Shown here: in pieces, positions 28,062 through 36,746 of the stretch | Numbering within the stretch: the stretch's first letter is position 1 | Layout of the letters: each line of letters opens with the position of its first letter | DNA from: Candidatus Hydrogenedentota bacterium | Lineage (GTDB): Bacteria > Hydrogenedentota > Hydrogenedentia > Hydrogenedentales > SLHB01 | NCBI GenBank assembly: GCA_045863295.1 | Contig: BTWA01000037.1 | Location: 1 to 59,449, forward strand | Direction: 5' to 3' | Length of the DNA stretch: 59,449 nt | The notes under the pieces: generated by a model | What the model was told of the DNA's origin: nothing | The model's input: only the letters and a program-made list of their open reading frames with translations | Database searches by the model: none | Translations under genes and position numbers: made by a program

Positions 28062-30920
28062 ATGCAGACCGTATCCAGCTTAGTAGAGCGACTGGACATG
28101 AGCGCCGAAATGGCGGTCGAGAAGCTCCGCTATATGCTGTACGAAGTGGAAAGCGTCGACTCGGAGATTACCGACGAGTTGTGCGATATTTTGATCGACG
28201 TCAATGACGATCCCGATCTTGCGGAGAGAATTCGCAAGAAACGTCAGGACGATATCGAAAAGGCGCAAAAGCGCAATGCCCGCCTGAAAGAAAGCGCCAA
28301 GAAGGCCGCCGCGGCCAAGCGCAAAGAGAAGGAAAAGCAACAAGCCGACGTTGAAGTCGAGATAGCCCCGACGTCCGATATTGCAGACGACAGCGAGCCA
28401 GCCGAGGTCGATCGCCCGGAAGTGGCGGAAATAATTCGCGAAAAGGATCTCAAGCCGGCTGCGGAAATAATTCACGCGGATGAAACGGTGGAGACACCGG
28501 CCGCACCCAAGCCGCCAAAAAAAGAGAAAGAAAAGAAAGAGCCGGCGATCATTATTGGCACGGCCGTGTCAAAGGACGAGCCCCGCATTCAAATTGTGCG
28601 CGCGGATGGTACCGCCCTTGAGGCACATGACGAAAAAGCCGAACAGTTGCTCGTGGTAACGGCCGAGGCGCCTGTGGAAGTGGAAGAAGACAAGCAGATC
28701 GGCTTGCTCGCCGAGGCCGAACGCCGCCAGGAAGAAGAAGAAGAGCGGCGTGCTCGCCAGCGTTCGCACATCAAACCGGACCCGGCTGTTGTCGAGGAAG
28801 TCAAACGCAAGGCCGCCGAGCGCATGAGAAAATTGCAGGCAGAGCGTTCGGCGCCGGTTCAGCAAGCGGGTCCGCCTTCGCGTTCGCATGGCGGGGCTTC
28901 GCCCGCCGCGGTTCAGGCCAGCTTTGCCGGCGGCATTTCCGTGGCGGCACCCTCGGGTCCTCCACCGGTGGGTGTCCCATCGGGCAAGACCGCACGGAAA
29001 AAGCAAAAGAAACAGGAAAAGTACCGGGCCGAGGAAAGCAAGCGCAGGAACGCCGCCGCGGCCATTCGCGAATACCAATCCGGTTCCAACATGGGACCGC
29101 GCAAGAAGAAGCGCCGCAAAGACAAGGACGAATCCGTGATAGTGCAGGAAGAAGACGTTTTCGTTCCAAAGCCCATTGAAGTCGATGACGCAATGACGGT
29201 GGAAGAGTTGGCCAATGTCATGGAAATTCCGGTCAATGAAATCATCCTCGCGTTGATGGATCAGAATATCCTGGCCACTAAGAACCAGGCATTGACGCTG
29301 GATCAGATCCGTGGCCTGGCGGAGCCCAAGGGCTACGACGTCCAGCTCGTCATCCGGGAAGAAGAAGAGCTGTTTAGCGACGACGCCGACGACCCCGGCG
29401 ATCTCGTGCCTCGGGCGCCTGTGGTCACCGTGATGGGCCACGTCGACCACGGCAAAACGTCGTTGCTCGATCATGTCCGTAGGGCAAACGTCGCGGCGGG
29501 CGAGGCCGGCGGCATCACGCAGCATATTGCGGCCTACGACGTGCCGATCGGCGATCAACGGCTTGTGTTTCTGGATACTCCAGGCCACGAGGCCTTTACG
29601 GCGATGCGCGCGCGTGGCGCCGGCGTAACTGACCTTGTCGTCCTGGTTGTCGCCGCGGACGACGGCGTGAAGCCGCAGACCATTGAAGCCATCGACCATG
29701 CCAAGGCCGCAAACGTGCCAATCGTCGTGGCCATCAATAAGTGTGACAAACCGGATGCGCAGCCGGATCGTGTTCGCCAGGAATTGACGAAGTATGAGCT
29801 GATCGACGAATCCTGGGGCGGCAAGACCAGCATCAAAAACATTTCCGCCAAGAACGGCGTTGGAATTGACGAATTGATGGAAGTGCTGGTGCTTGAGGCA
29901 GAGATCCTGGAGCTAAAGGCCAATCCCAGAAAACGTTCCCGCGGCACCGTGGTTGAGGCGGAATTGTCCAAGGGATTCGGCCCCGTTGCATGGGTTCTGG
30001 TGCAGAACGGTACGTTGCGGGTTGGTGACGTGTTTCTCGCGGGTACCTGCGCCGGACGCGTTCGAAACATGTTCAATTCCCGAGGCGAGAGCATTCAGGA
30101 AGCCGGACCTTCCACGCCGGTTCTGGTAACGGGCTTCGACGAGACGCCCAATGCCGGCGACACGTTTATGGGTGTGGAAGACGAACGGGTGGCGCGTTCC
30201 ATTGCGGAAAAGCGCAGCTTCATTGCCAGACAGAAGCAAGAGCGCTCCCGCGTGCGCCATGTCACGTTGGAAGATTTCCACGAACGCATGCTTGCCGGCG
30301 AGAAGTCGGAACTGAACGTACTTATTAAAGCTGACGTGCAAGGCTCGGTGGATGCATTGATTTCGAGTCTGGCGAAGGTGGGCAATGCCGAAGTCCAGGT
30401 CAAGGTAGTGCACTCCGGCGTGGGCGGAATCAACGAATCGGACGTTCTCTTGGCCAGCGCCAGCGACGCCGTGATTCTGGGTTTCCATGTCACCGCGAAC
30501 CCCAAAGTGCAGAAACTGGCAGAGCAGGAAGGCGTGGATATCCGCACTTACCGGATCATCTACGAGTTGATCGAAAACGTGCGGCTGGCCTTGGAAGGCA
30601 TGCTGACGCCGGACAAGAAGGAAGTCATCACCGGCAACGTGGAAGTGCGTGCCGTTTTCCGTTCGTCGGCGCATGGCAATATCGCCGGCTGTTATGTGGT
30701 GAGCGGCGAGGTGACGCGTGGCAATCTCGCACGGATAATTCGCGATGACGTCATAGTATATCAAGGCCGAATCGGCAGCCTGCGGCGCGAGAAGGATGAC
30801 GTCCGGTCCGTGGCCTCCGGATTCGAATGCGGCGTAAAGCTCGAGAATTATGAAGACGTCAAGGAAGGCGATATCATTCAGCTGTACCGCGAGGATTCCA
30901 TCAAGAAAACGTTGGAATGA
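28062..30920 (+). CDS. infB: Translation initiation factor IF-2
   Basis: RAPVVTVMGHVDHGKTSLLD, DTPGHEAF, NKCD, KADVQGS. Confidence 0.98.
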   Translation: MQTVSSLVERLDMSAEMAVEKLRYMLYEVESVDSEITDELCDILIDVNDDPDLAERIRKKRQDDIEKAQKRNARLKESAKKAAAAKRKEKEKQQADVEVEIAPTSDIADDSEPAEVDRPEVAEIIREKDLKPAAEIIHADETVETPAAPKPPKKEKEKKEPAIIIGTAVSKDEPRIQIVRADGTALEAHDEKAEQLLVVTAEAPVEVEEDKQIGLLAEAERRQEEEEERRARQRSHIKPDPAVVEEVKRKAAERMRKLQAERSAPVQQAGPPSRSHGGASPAAVQASFAGGISVAAPSGPPPVGVPSGKTARKKQKKQEKYRAEESKRRNAAAAIREYQSGSNMGPRKKKRRKDKDESVIVQEEDVFVPKPIEVDDAMTVEELANVMEIPVNEIILALMDQNILATKNQALTLDQIRGLAEPKGYDVQLVIREEEELFSDDADDPGDLVPRAPVVTVMGHVDHGKTSLLDHVRRANVAAGEAGGITQHIAAYDVPIGDQRLVFLDTPGHEAFTAMRARGAGVTDLVVLVVAADDGVKPQTIEAIDHAKAANVPIVVAINKCDKPDAQPDRVRQELTKYELIDESWGGKTSIKNISAKNGVGIDELMEVLVLEAEILELKANPRKRSRGTVVEAELSKGFGPVAWVLVQNGTLRVGDVFLAGTCAGRVRNMFNSRGESIQEAGPSTPVLVTGFDETPNAGDTFMGVEDERVARSIAEKRSFIARQKQERSRVRHVTLEDFHERMLAGEKSELNVLIKADVQGSVDALISSLAKVGNAEVQVKVVHSGVGGINESDVLLASASDAVILGFHVTANPKVQKLAEQEGVDIRTYRIIYELIENVRLALEGMLTPDKKEVITGNVEVRAVFRSSAHGNIAGCYVVSGEVTRGNLARIIRDDVIVYQGRIGSLRREKDDVRSVASGFECGVKLENYEDVKEGDIIQLYREDSIKKTLE

Positions 30921-30929
30921 TGGCCTTCA

Positions 30930-31211
30930 ATGGTCATCGGGTTGCTTCAGATGGACCTGCTTGTACACGGTTCCCGTTCGTTGAAAGACAAGCGGCGCGT
31001 CATCAAAGGGCTTAAACAGCAGATGCGCGATCGGTTTAACTGTTCTGTCGCTGAAATTGGTTTTAAAGAGCAATGGGGCCGATCTCGTCTGGCCGTATGC
31101 ATCGTGGGCGATGACAGCCGTTTTGTGAATACGCAATTGAACGAGGTGGCCAATTTTGCATCGTTGCGCGCCGGTGCGGAGTTGGCCGACTACTCCATTG
31201 AGATGATGTAA
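30930..31211 (+). CDS. DUF503 (YlxP-like) protein
   Basis: SLKDKRRVI...RFNCSVAE motif; position between infB and rbfA. Confidence 0.9.
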   Translation: MVIGLLQMDLLVHGSRSLKDKRRVIKGLKQQMRDRFNCSVAEIGFKEQWGRSRLAVCIVGDDSRFVNTQLNEVANFASLRAGAELADYSIEMM

Positions 31212-31573
31212 TGCCATCCGAACGAGCCGAGCGCGTTGGCGCGGTCATTAAGAAGGAAATCGCCGAACTGCTGATGCGAGGTGTCAAGGATCCGCGTGTC
31301 GGTTTTGTTTCGGTGATGGCCGTGCAGATGTCGCCGGACCTGAAATACGCAAGCGTCTATGTAAGCCTCTACGGATCGGAAGCGGAGCGAAAAGGGTCTC
31401 TCGTGGGGCTACAGCAGGCCTCCGGCTGGGTGCGGCGCGAAATTGGCAAGCGTATTCGCCTCCGGCATACCCCCGAAATCCGCTTCATGGAAGATAACAC
31501 ACTGGATCAGGTATACCGACTTGAAGAACGAATCCGCGAACTCCACGAATCCGAGCCCAGCGGCGACGAATGA
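31211..31573 (+). CDS. rbfA: Ribosome-binding factor A
   Basis: RAERV, VKDPRV, SPDLKYA, LRHTPEIRF. Confidence 0.96.
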   Translation: MPSERAERVGAVIKKEIAELLMRGVKDPRVGFVSVMAVQMSPDLKYASVYVSLYGSEAERKGSLVGLQQASGWVRREIGKRIRLRHTPEIRFMEDNTLDQVYRLEERIRELHESEPSGDE

Positions 31574-32543
31574 CGTTGGACGTGTTATCGCGGCCCTGCG
31601 CGAAGGCACTTCTTTCATTGTAACCAGTCATGTTCACCCCGATGGCGATGCCATAGGAAGCGTCTTGGGCATGGCATCGCTTCTCAAGGGATTGGGAAAG
31701 ACCAACGTGGTCTGCGCACTGCACGATGCGGTTCCCAAATTGTACGGCTGGATGCCCGGCGCAAGCACAATACTTTCGTTGCCTGAAGTTCGAGGCCGGT
31801 CATTTGACACGTTTGTTCTCGTGGACGCGAATCACTTGGAACGAGCGGAAAGCATTGTCGAGTGCATTGGCGATAGCACGCGGGTCATTATCGTCGATCA
31901 TCACTTGGCCGATCGATTTGAGTCCGAAATCCATCTGATTGACAGCCGTTATGCCGCCACAGGCGAAATCCTGCCGGAGCTGTTCGACGCGGCGGATGTT
32001 GCCATCGATTCGGATACGGCCGTTGCCCTCTACGTTGCGCTGTCTACCGATACGGGCAGTTTTCGCTTTGGCAATACGACGCCCAATTCTCACCGAGTGG
32101 CATCCCGTCTTATTGCCGCGGGCGTTAACGTTGCGGATGTTACGGAACGCATATTCGACACGATGTCACGCGCCAAGTTCATGTTATTGAGCCGCGTTTT
32201 GCAAGGTGTGCGCCTGTCCGCGGACGGCCGTGTTGCGGCGATCCACATCACCCGCAGGGATCTGGAGGAGACCGGCGCGCAGCCCGAAGACATAGAAGGG
32301 CTGATCAACTATGCGCGCGGACTGGAAGGCGTGGAGATAGCCATTCTCTTCCGAGAATCCGGCAATGGTTCCATTAAATTGAGCAGCCGGGCCCGTCCGG
32401 GCTTCAACTGTGCGGAGTTTATGGCCACGTTTGGCGGAGGCGGACACGCCGCCGCCGCCGGAGCGTCCATCTCAGGCACATTGGACGATGTGGAACAGCG
32501 GGTGATGCAAGCCTTGGAAGAACGGCTGCGGAAACAGGCATGA
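31521..32543 (+). CDS. nrnA: DHH-family phosphoesterase (NrnA-like); start uncertain
   Basis: HVHPDGDAIGS, VDHH, TDTGSF, GGGGHAAAAG. Confidence 0.88.
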   Translation: MKNESANSTNPSPAATNDVGRVIAALREGTSFIVTSHVHPDGDAIGSVLGMASLLKGLGKTNVVCALHDAVPKLYGWMPGASTILSLPEVRGRSFDTFVLVDANHLERAESIVECIGDSTRVIIVDHHLADRFESEIHLIDSRYAATGEILPELFDAADVAIDSDTAVALYVALSTDTGSFRFGNTTPNSHRVASRLIAAGVNVADVTERIFDTMSRAKFMLLSRVLQGVRLSADGRVAAIHITRRDLEETGAQPEDIEGLINYARGLEGVEIAILFRESGNGSIKLSSRARPGFNCAEFMATFGGGGHAAAAGASISGTLDDVEQRVMQALEERLRKQA

Positions 32544-33439
32544 ACGGCATTCTTCTCGTCGATAAACCGCAAGGCATGACCTCGCACGATGTCGTAGACA
32601 AGATCCGGCGAGCAGCCAAACAGCGGCGCGTTGGACATACCGGCACCCTGGATCCTTCCGCCACGGGTTTACTTATTCTGTGTCTTGGCCATGCGACACG
32701 CCTGTCCGAGTTCTTCACCGGCATGGACAAGACCTATGAAGGGGTAATGCGCCTTGGGATTGTCACCGATAGCCATGATCTGGACGGCGCCGTATTGGAT
32801 GAAAAGCCGTATCCCGAACATCTCAGCGAACAGCAAGTCCGTTCGACGCTGGAGCAGTTCACCGGCGATATCCTGCAAGTGCCTCCCATGGTCAGCGCGG
32901 TGAAGGTAGCGGGCGAGCGGTTATACATCAAAGCCCGCAAAGGCGAGGTAGTCCATCGCGAGCCACGGCCAGTGCGGGTCTACGAATTTGAGCCCACTCG
33001 AATTATGCTCCCGGAAATTGCGTTTCGCGTGCGATGCAGCCGGGGTACCTACGCTCGAACGCTTTGTCACGATGTGGGAACCGCGTTGGGGTGTGGCGCA
33101 TCGCTCGCACGGCTCCGCCGGACGGAAGTGGGCCGCCACTCAATTCACGAAGCGCACACGCTCGATCAGTTGACGTCCGTGTCGGACGTTGAGCAGTTTC
33201 TGCAATCGCCTGACACGGCCCTGGATTTGCCCGAAGTTCACGTGAAACCTATCTGCCGGACCGTTGTCGCCAGCGGCGGCGTGTTGGGGTTTCATGATTT
33301 GACGGGCCCTTGCCCCGTCACCGAGGGCTGGGTGCAAATCAAGGAAGAGTCTGGCGAATTACTGGCTGTGGGAGAGGTGGATACCCATGAGACCGGTGTT
33401 CGGATCCGGCCCAAGCGCGTGCTTTGTGGGCAGCCGTGA
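32540..33439 (+). CDS. truB: tRNA pseudouridine(55) synthase
   Basis: GILLVDKPQGMTSHD, GHTGTLDP, QVPPMVSA, CSRGTYAR. Confidence 0.97.
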   Translation: MNGILLVDKPQGMTSHDVVDKIRRAAKQRRVGHTGTLDPSATGLLILCLGHATRLSEFFTGMDKTYEGVMRLGIVTDSHDLDGAVLDEKPYPEHLSEQQVRSTLEQFTGDILQVPPMVSAVKVAGERLYIKARKGEVVHREPRPVRVYEFEPTRIMLPEIAFRVRCSRGTYARTLCHDVGTALGCGASLARLRRTEVGRHSIHEAHTLDQLTSVSDVEQFLQSPDTALDLPEVHVKPICRTVVASGGVLGFHDLTGPCPVTEGWVQIKEESGELLAVGEVDTHETGVRIRPKRVLCGQP

Positions 33440-34380
33440 TCATCATCGACAATATCCTCGATGCCGCATTTCCCAACACGGGAACGGTGCTCACCATCGG
33501 TAGTTTTGACGGCGTTCATCTGGGGCACCGGCGCATCCTGGACGAGGTCAAGCGACACGCCGAAGAGCGAAACCTCACTTCAGCTGTCATTACGTTCAAG
33601 CCCCATCCTCGCCAGTTCTTTTCGCCAGGCCACGCACCCAATCTCTTGACCTGTGATACCAAGAAACAGGCATTGCTGTGTGAAGCTGGCATGGACGCGG
33701 TGCTAATCCTGCCCTTTGACGCCGAAGTGGCCGCGATGGAACCGGAGGAATTTGTACGGCGAGTGCTTGTGGAACGCTGCAATGCCAAAGCCGTCGTAGT
33801 CGGCCATGATTTCCGATTTGGAAACAAGGCCCGAGGTGACTTCGAACTTCTCGCGGAACTGGCGGAAAGGCAGGCGATTGAAGTGGCGCAAGCGCCCGCG
33901 CTCTTGATCGACGGCGAGCGCGTCAGCAGCACGTTTATTCGGGAACAGCTGATGTTGGGCGACCTGGAGACCGTATTGCGGTTTCTCGGGCGTCCCTACA
34001 GCGTGACAGGAATCGTGAACTCGGGCCAGCAGATCGGATCCACGCTGGGGTTCCCCACCGCAAACATCCGCCCGTACCACTCCGCCATGCCCGGGATTGG
34101 CGTGTACGTCGCCGAGGCGCGATGGAGGGACCAGCGTTTTCCCGCGGCCGTGAATATTGGCGTTGCGCCCACTATCCGGAACCGGGATCTCACCATGGAA
34201 GCATTCATTCTCGATTTCTCCCATGATCTGGTCGGAGAGACATTGGAAGTCGTGTTTCTAAAGCGGCTTCGCGATGAGCAACGCTTTCCGTCCGTGCAGC
34301 ATCTGATTGCGCAAATACAGCAGGATGTTACCGCCGTCCGCGCCTACTTCGCAGCGCAAAAGGATTCCGGCGTACAGTGA
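33436..34380 (+). CDS. ribF: Bifunctional riboflavin kinase / FAD synthetase
   Basis: IGSFDGVHLGH, VGHDFRFG, VSSTFIR, LGFPTAN, NIGVAPT; GTGA overlap with truB. Confidence 0.96.
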   Translation: MIIIDNILDAAFPNTGTVLTIGSFDGVHLGHRRILDEVKRHAEERNLTSAVITFKPHPRQFFSPGHAPNLLTCDTKKQALLCEAGMDAVLILPFDAEVAAMEPEEFVRRVLVERCNAKAVVVGHDFRFGNKARGDFELLAELAERQAIEVAQAPALLIDGERVSSTFIREQLMLGDLETVLRFLGRPYSVTGIVNSGQQIGSTLGFPTANIRPYHSAMPGIGVYVAEARWRDQRFPAAVNIGVAPTIRNRDLTMEAFILDFSHDLVGETLEVVFLKRLRDEQRFPSVQHLIAQIQQDVTAVRAYFAAQKDSGVQ

Positions 34381-34627
34381 TCCGAACGGTGCCAATCCGG
34401 TCATTTCATGTCGAATAGCTCCCCGACAGGCTCGTTGAGTAAGCGGCTGTAGGCCTGTTCACCGCCGGTATGTAACCTGCCTGACAACAAGTTGTTGGAC
34501 GGCTTGGAACACGAAGAAACCAATGTGGACGGAACCGATCGGGATTTCCAGTGTTTAACACGGTGGTTTGGTGTGTCTAACCGTAAGACACAGAGAGTTT
34601 TAGGAGAACTAAAGTGGGCGGGATTAC

Positions 34628-34656
34628 TTGACTCGTGCCGTGCATTTCTATACCAT
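34628..34656 (+). promoter_or_regulatory. Putative sigma70 promoter of the exporter operon
   Basis: TTGACT-N17-TACCAT; palindrome TGTGTCT-N7-AGACACA upstream at 34572-34592. Confidence 0.6.
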
Positions 34657-34769
34657 TACACGGATGCGTATCAGACGGAGCAATCCGTGCCTCCCTGGCC
34701 GAGCAATCAAGGCCCCTGGCAACAGGTCCCTACGCCCCAGAAGTAGTAAAACCGAGTGTGTTGACGATC

Positions 34770-36746
34770 ATGACGTGCCGTAAGCTCATAACCGTTCTCT
34801 GTTTCCCCGCACTATCCCTGATGTTGGCGGCCGGTTGTAGCAAAGACCAATACAAAGCCCGTGCCGACAAGGAAGTGTACAAGATTATCTCCGATAAGAC
34901 TCCCGACGTGCCCGGAATGCTTCCCGAGTTCACCATTGAAGGTACCGACGTCGAACCTCTGGCCGGGGACTTTCCGACTATCTCATCCATTGATGAGTAC
35001 ATGGGTGAAGCTGGCGACGCGGAGCGGGATGCGCAAGTCCTCTCGCTGGAAAAGGCACTCGAAATAGCGTTTACCCACAGCCGGAACTATCAAACACAGA
35101 AAGAGTTATTGTACTTGTCCGCGCTGAGCCTGACCTTGGACCGCCATGATTTTGCCCCAATATTCGCCGCCGGCGCTCAGGCCGACTACGTCCGCTCTAC
35201 GACGGACGTGTCCAAATTGTCGGGGTCGGCGCAGTTGGCCAGCGCAATTCCGGGCTGGATTTCGCAACAGGCAGGCGTTATCAGCACGTCGCTGGGCAAC
35301 GCGGGCACTACCGCGGCGCTGTTGCAGGCGTTGGGAACCCCGGCCAACTCGCCCGCGGTCCTGTTTCTTGAGGGAATCAATGATGTCGCCGGAACACCCG
35401 GCACGCTGTTGAACAACTATGCGGCGGTGGTGGATGAGGCCTTCACCGTTGCCGGGGTAAACCAGCCACGCAACGAAATCATGAACGAGCGAAGTGTGGA
35501 CGGTGGATTCTCGGTGGGCGTCAACATGCTCATGAAGGGCGGAGCACGAATCGCCCTTCAGCTTTCTTCCGATTTCCTGCGGTTTCTCACGGGCGACCCG
35601 CGCGTGAATACCGGCTCCGCCCTCACGGCGTCTGTGGTGCAACCCTTGTTACGCGGCGCGGGGAGCAAGGTCACACTGGAACAGCTTAAGCAAAGCGAGC
35701 GGGATGTCCTTTATCAATTGAGGGATTTCACGAATTTTCGCAAAGACTTTGCCGTGCAGATTGCCTCCGATTACTTTGCCGTTCTCCAGGCACGAGATTC
35801 GGTGCGCATCAACTATCTCGGCTATCAGGCCTTCAAGCGGGCCGCCGACCGGGACAGGGCGTTTTTCGATGAAGGCCAGCGAAACGCCGAAGATCTGGGC
35901 CGCAGCGAGCAGGCCGAACTGAATGCCGAGAACTCGTGGATTAACGCCATCCGAAGCTATCGCCGAGTGCTGGACCAGTTCAAAATCGATCTCGGGTTAC
36001 CAGTGGACGCCAAAGTGGTAATGGACTATTCTGAATTGGAATCGCTGATTGCCAAGGGCGTATCGCCGACCTCCATCAGTGTCGACGATGCGATAAAAGT
36101 GGCGTTTGCGGCACGGCTGGATTTGTACACCGTGCGCGACCAATTGGAAGATGCCGGCCGCCGTGTCGACGTGGCCGCGAACGGTTTGTTGCCGGATCTG
36201 GATCTGGTTCTGACGGCCCGTGTTAACAGTGTGCCCGGAGAAGATACCTTCAACGAACTCGATTTCCAGCGGGCGCTATGGACGGCCGGGGTTGATCTGG
36301 GGCTGCCATTGGACCGCAAGGCCGAACGCAACAGCTACGTGTCCTCGCTCATCGCGCTGAGCCGCTCGGAACGGGAGTTGACTCTGGCAGAAGACACCGT
36401 GAAATTGGAGATTCGGGAAAACTGGCGTGCTCTCGACCAGACGCGGCGTAATTACGAGAACCGGCAAATCGCCTTGGAGTTGAGTCAACGACGCGTTGAG
36501 TTGAACAATTTGCTGACCGAACTCGGCCGTGGCACGGCACTGAATCAGATTGATGCTCAGAACGACTTTATCAACGCACAGAACGATTTGACCGATGCAG
36601 TCGTAAGTCACTTTATTACCCGGCTCCAATTCTGGCGCGACATGGGTATCCTATATATCAAGGAAAACGGACAATGGCAGGACATCAGCGATGAAAACCT
36701 CAACACAGTCCAACAGTCCACAGAAAACGAAGTTCCCGTTCCTTAA
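34770..36746 (+). CDS. TolC-family outer membrane efflux lipoprotein
   Basis: Lipobox-like LMLAAGC, LSLEKALEIA, VVQPLLRGAG, LLPDLDL, LGLPLDR; in an operon with adaptor and ABC genes. Confidence 0.85.
   Translation: MTCRKLITVLCFPALSLMLAAGCSKDQYKARADKEVYKIISDKTPDVPGMLPEFTIEGTDVEPLAGDFPTISSIDEYMGEAGDAERDAQVLSLEKALEIAFTHSRNYQTQKELLYLSALSLTLDRHDFAPIFAAGAQADYVRSTTDVSKLSGSAQLASAIPGWISQQAGVISTSLGNAGTTAALLQALGTPANSPAVLFLEGINDVAGTPGTLLNNYAAVVDEAFTVAGVNQPRNEIMNERSVDGGFSVGVNMLMKGGARIALQLSSDFLRFLTGDPRVNTGSALTASVVQPLLRGAGSKVTLEQLKQSERDVLYQLRDFTNFRKDFAVQIASDYFAVLQARDSVRINYLGYQAFKRAADRDRAFFDEGQRNAEDLGRSEQAELNAENSWINAIRSYRRVLDQFKIDLGLPVDAKVVMDYSELESLIAKGVSPTSISVDDAIKVAFAARLDLYTVRDQLEDAGRRVDVAANGLLPDLDLVLTARVNSVPGEDTFNELDFQRALWTAGVDLGLPLDRKAERNSYVSSLIALSRSERELTLAEDTVKLEIRENWRALDQTRRNYENRQIALELSQRRVELNNLLTELGRGTALNQIDAQNDFINAQNDLTDAVVSHFITRLQFWRDMGILYIKENGQWQDISDENLNTVQQSTENEVPVP

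Noticed and set aside
28062..29160. Unusual IF-2 N-terminal extension
   Set aside because: Long, charged, lineage-variable N-termini are normal for IF-2.
28569..30764. Long minus-strand ORFs inside infB
   Set aside because: Antisense shadows of a conserved gene.
34381..34769. Riboswitch or ncRNA in the ribF-TolC gap
   Set aside because: No FMN, cobalamin, TPP, SAM or c-di-GMP consensus recognised; only promoter-like motifs and short palindromes.
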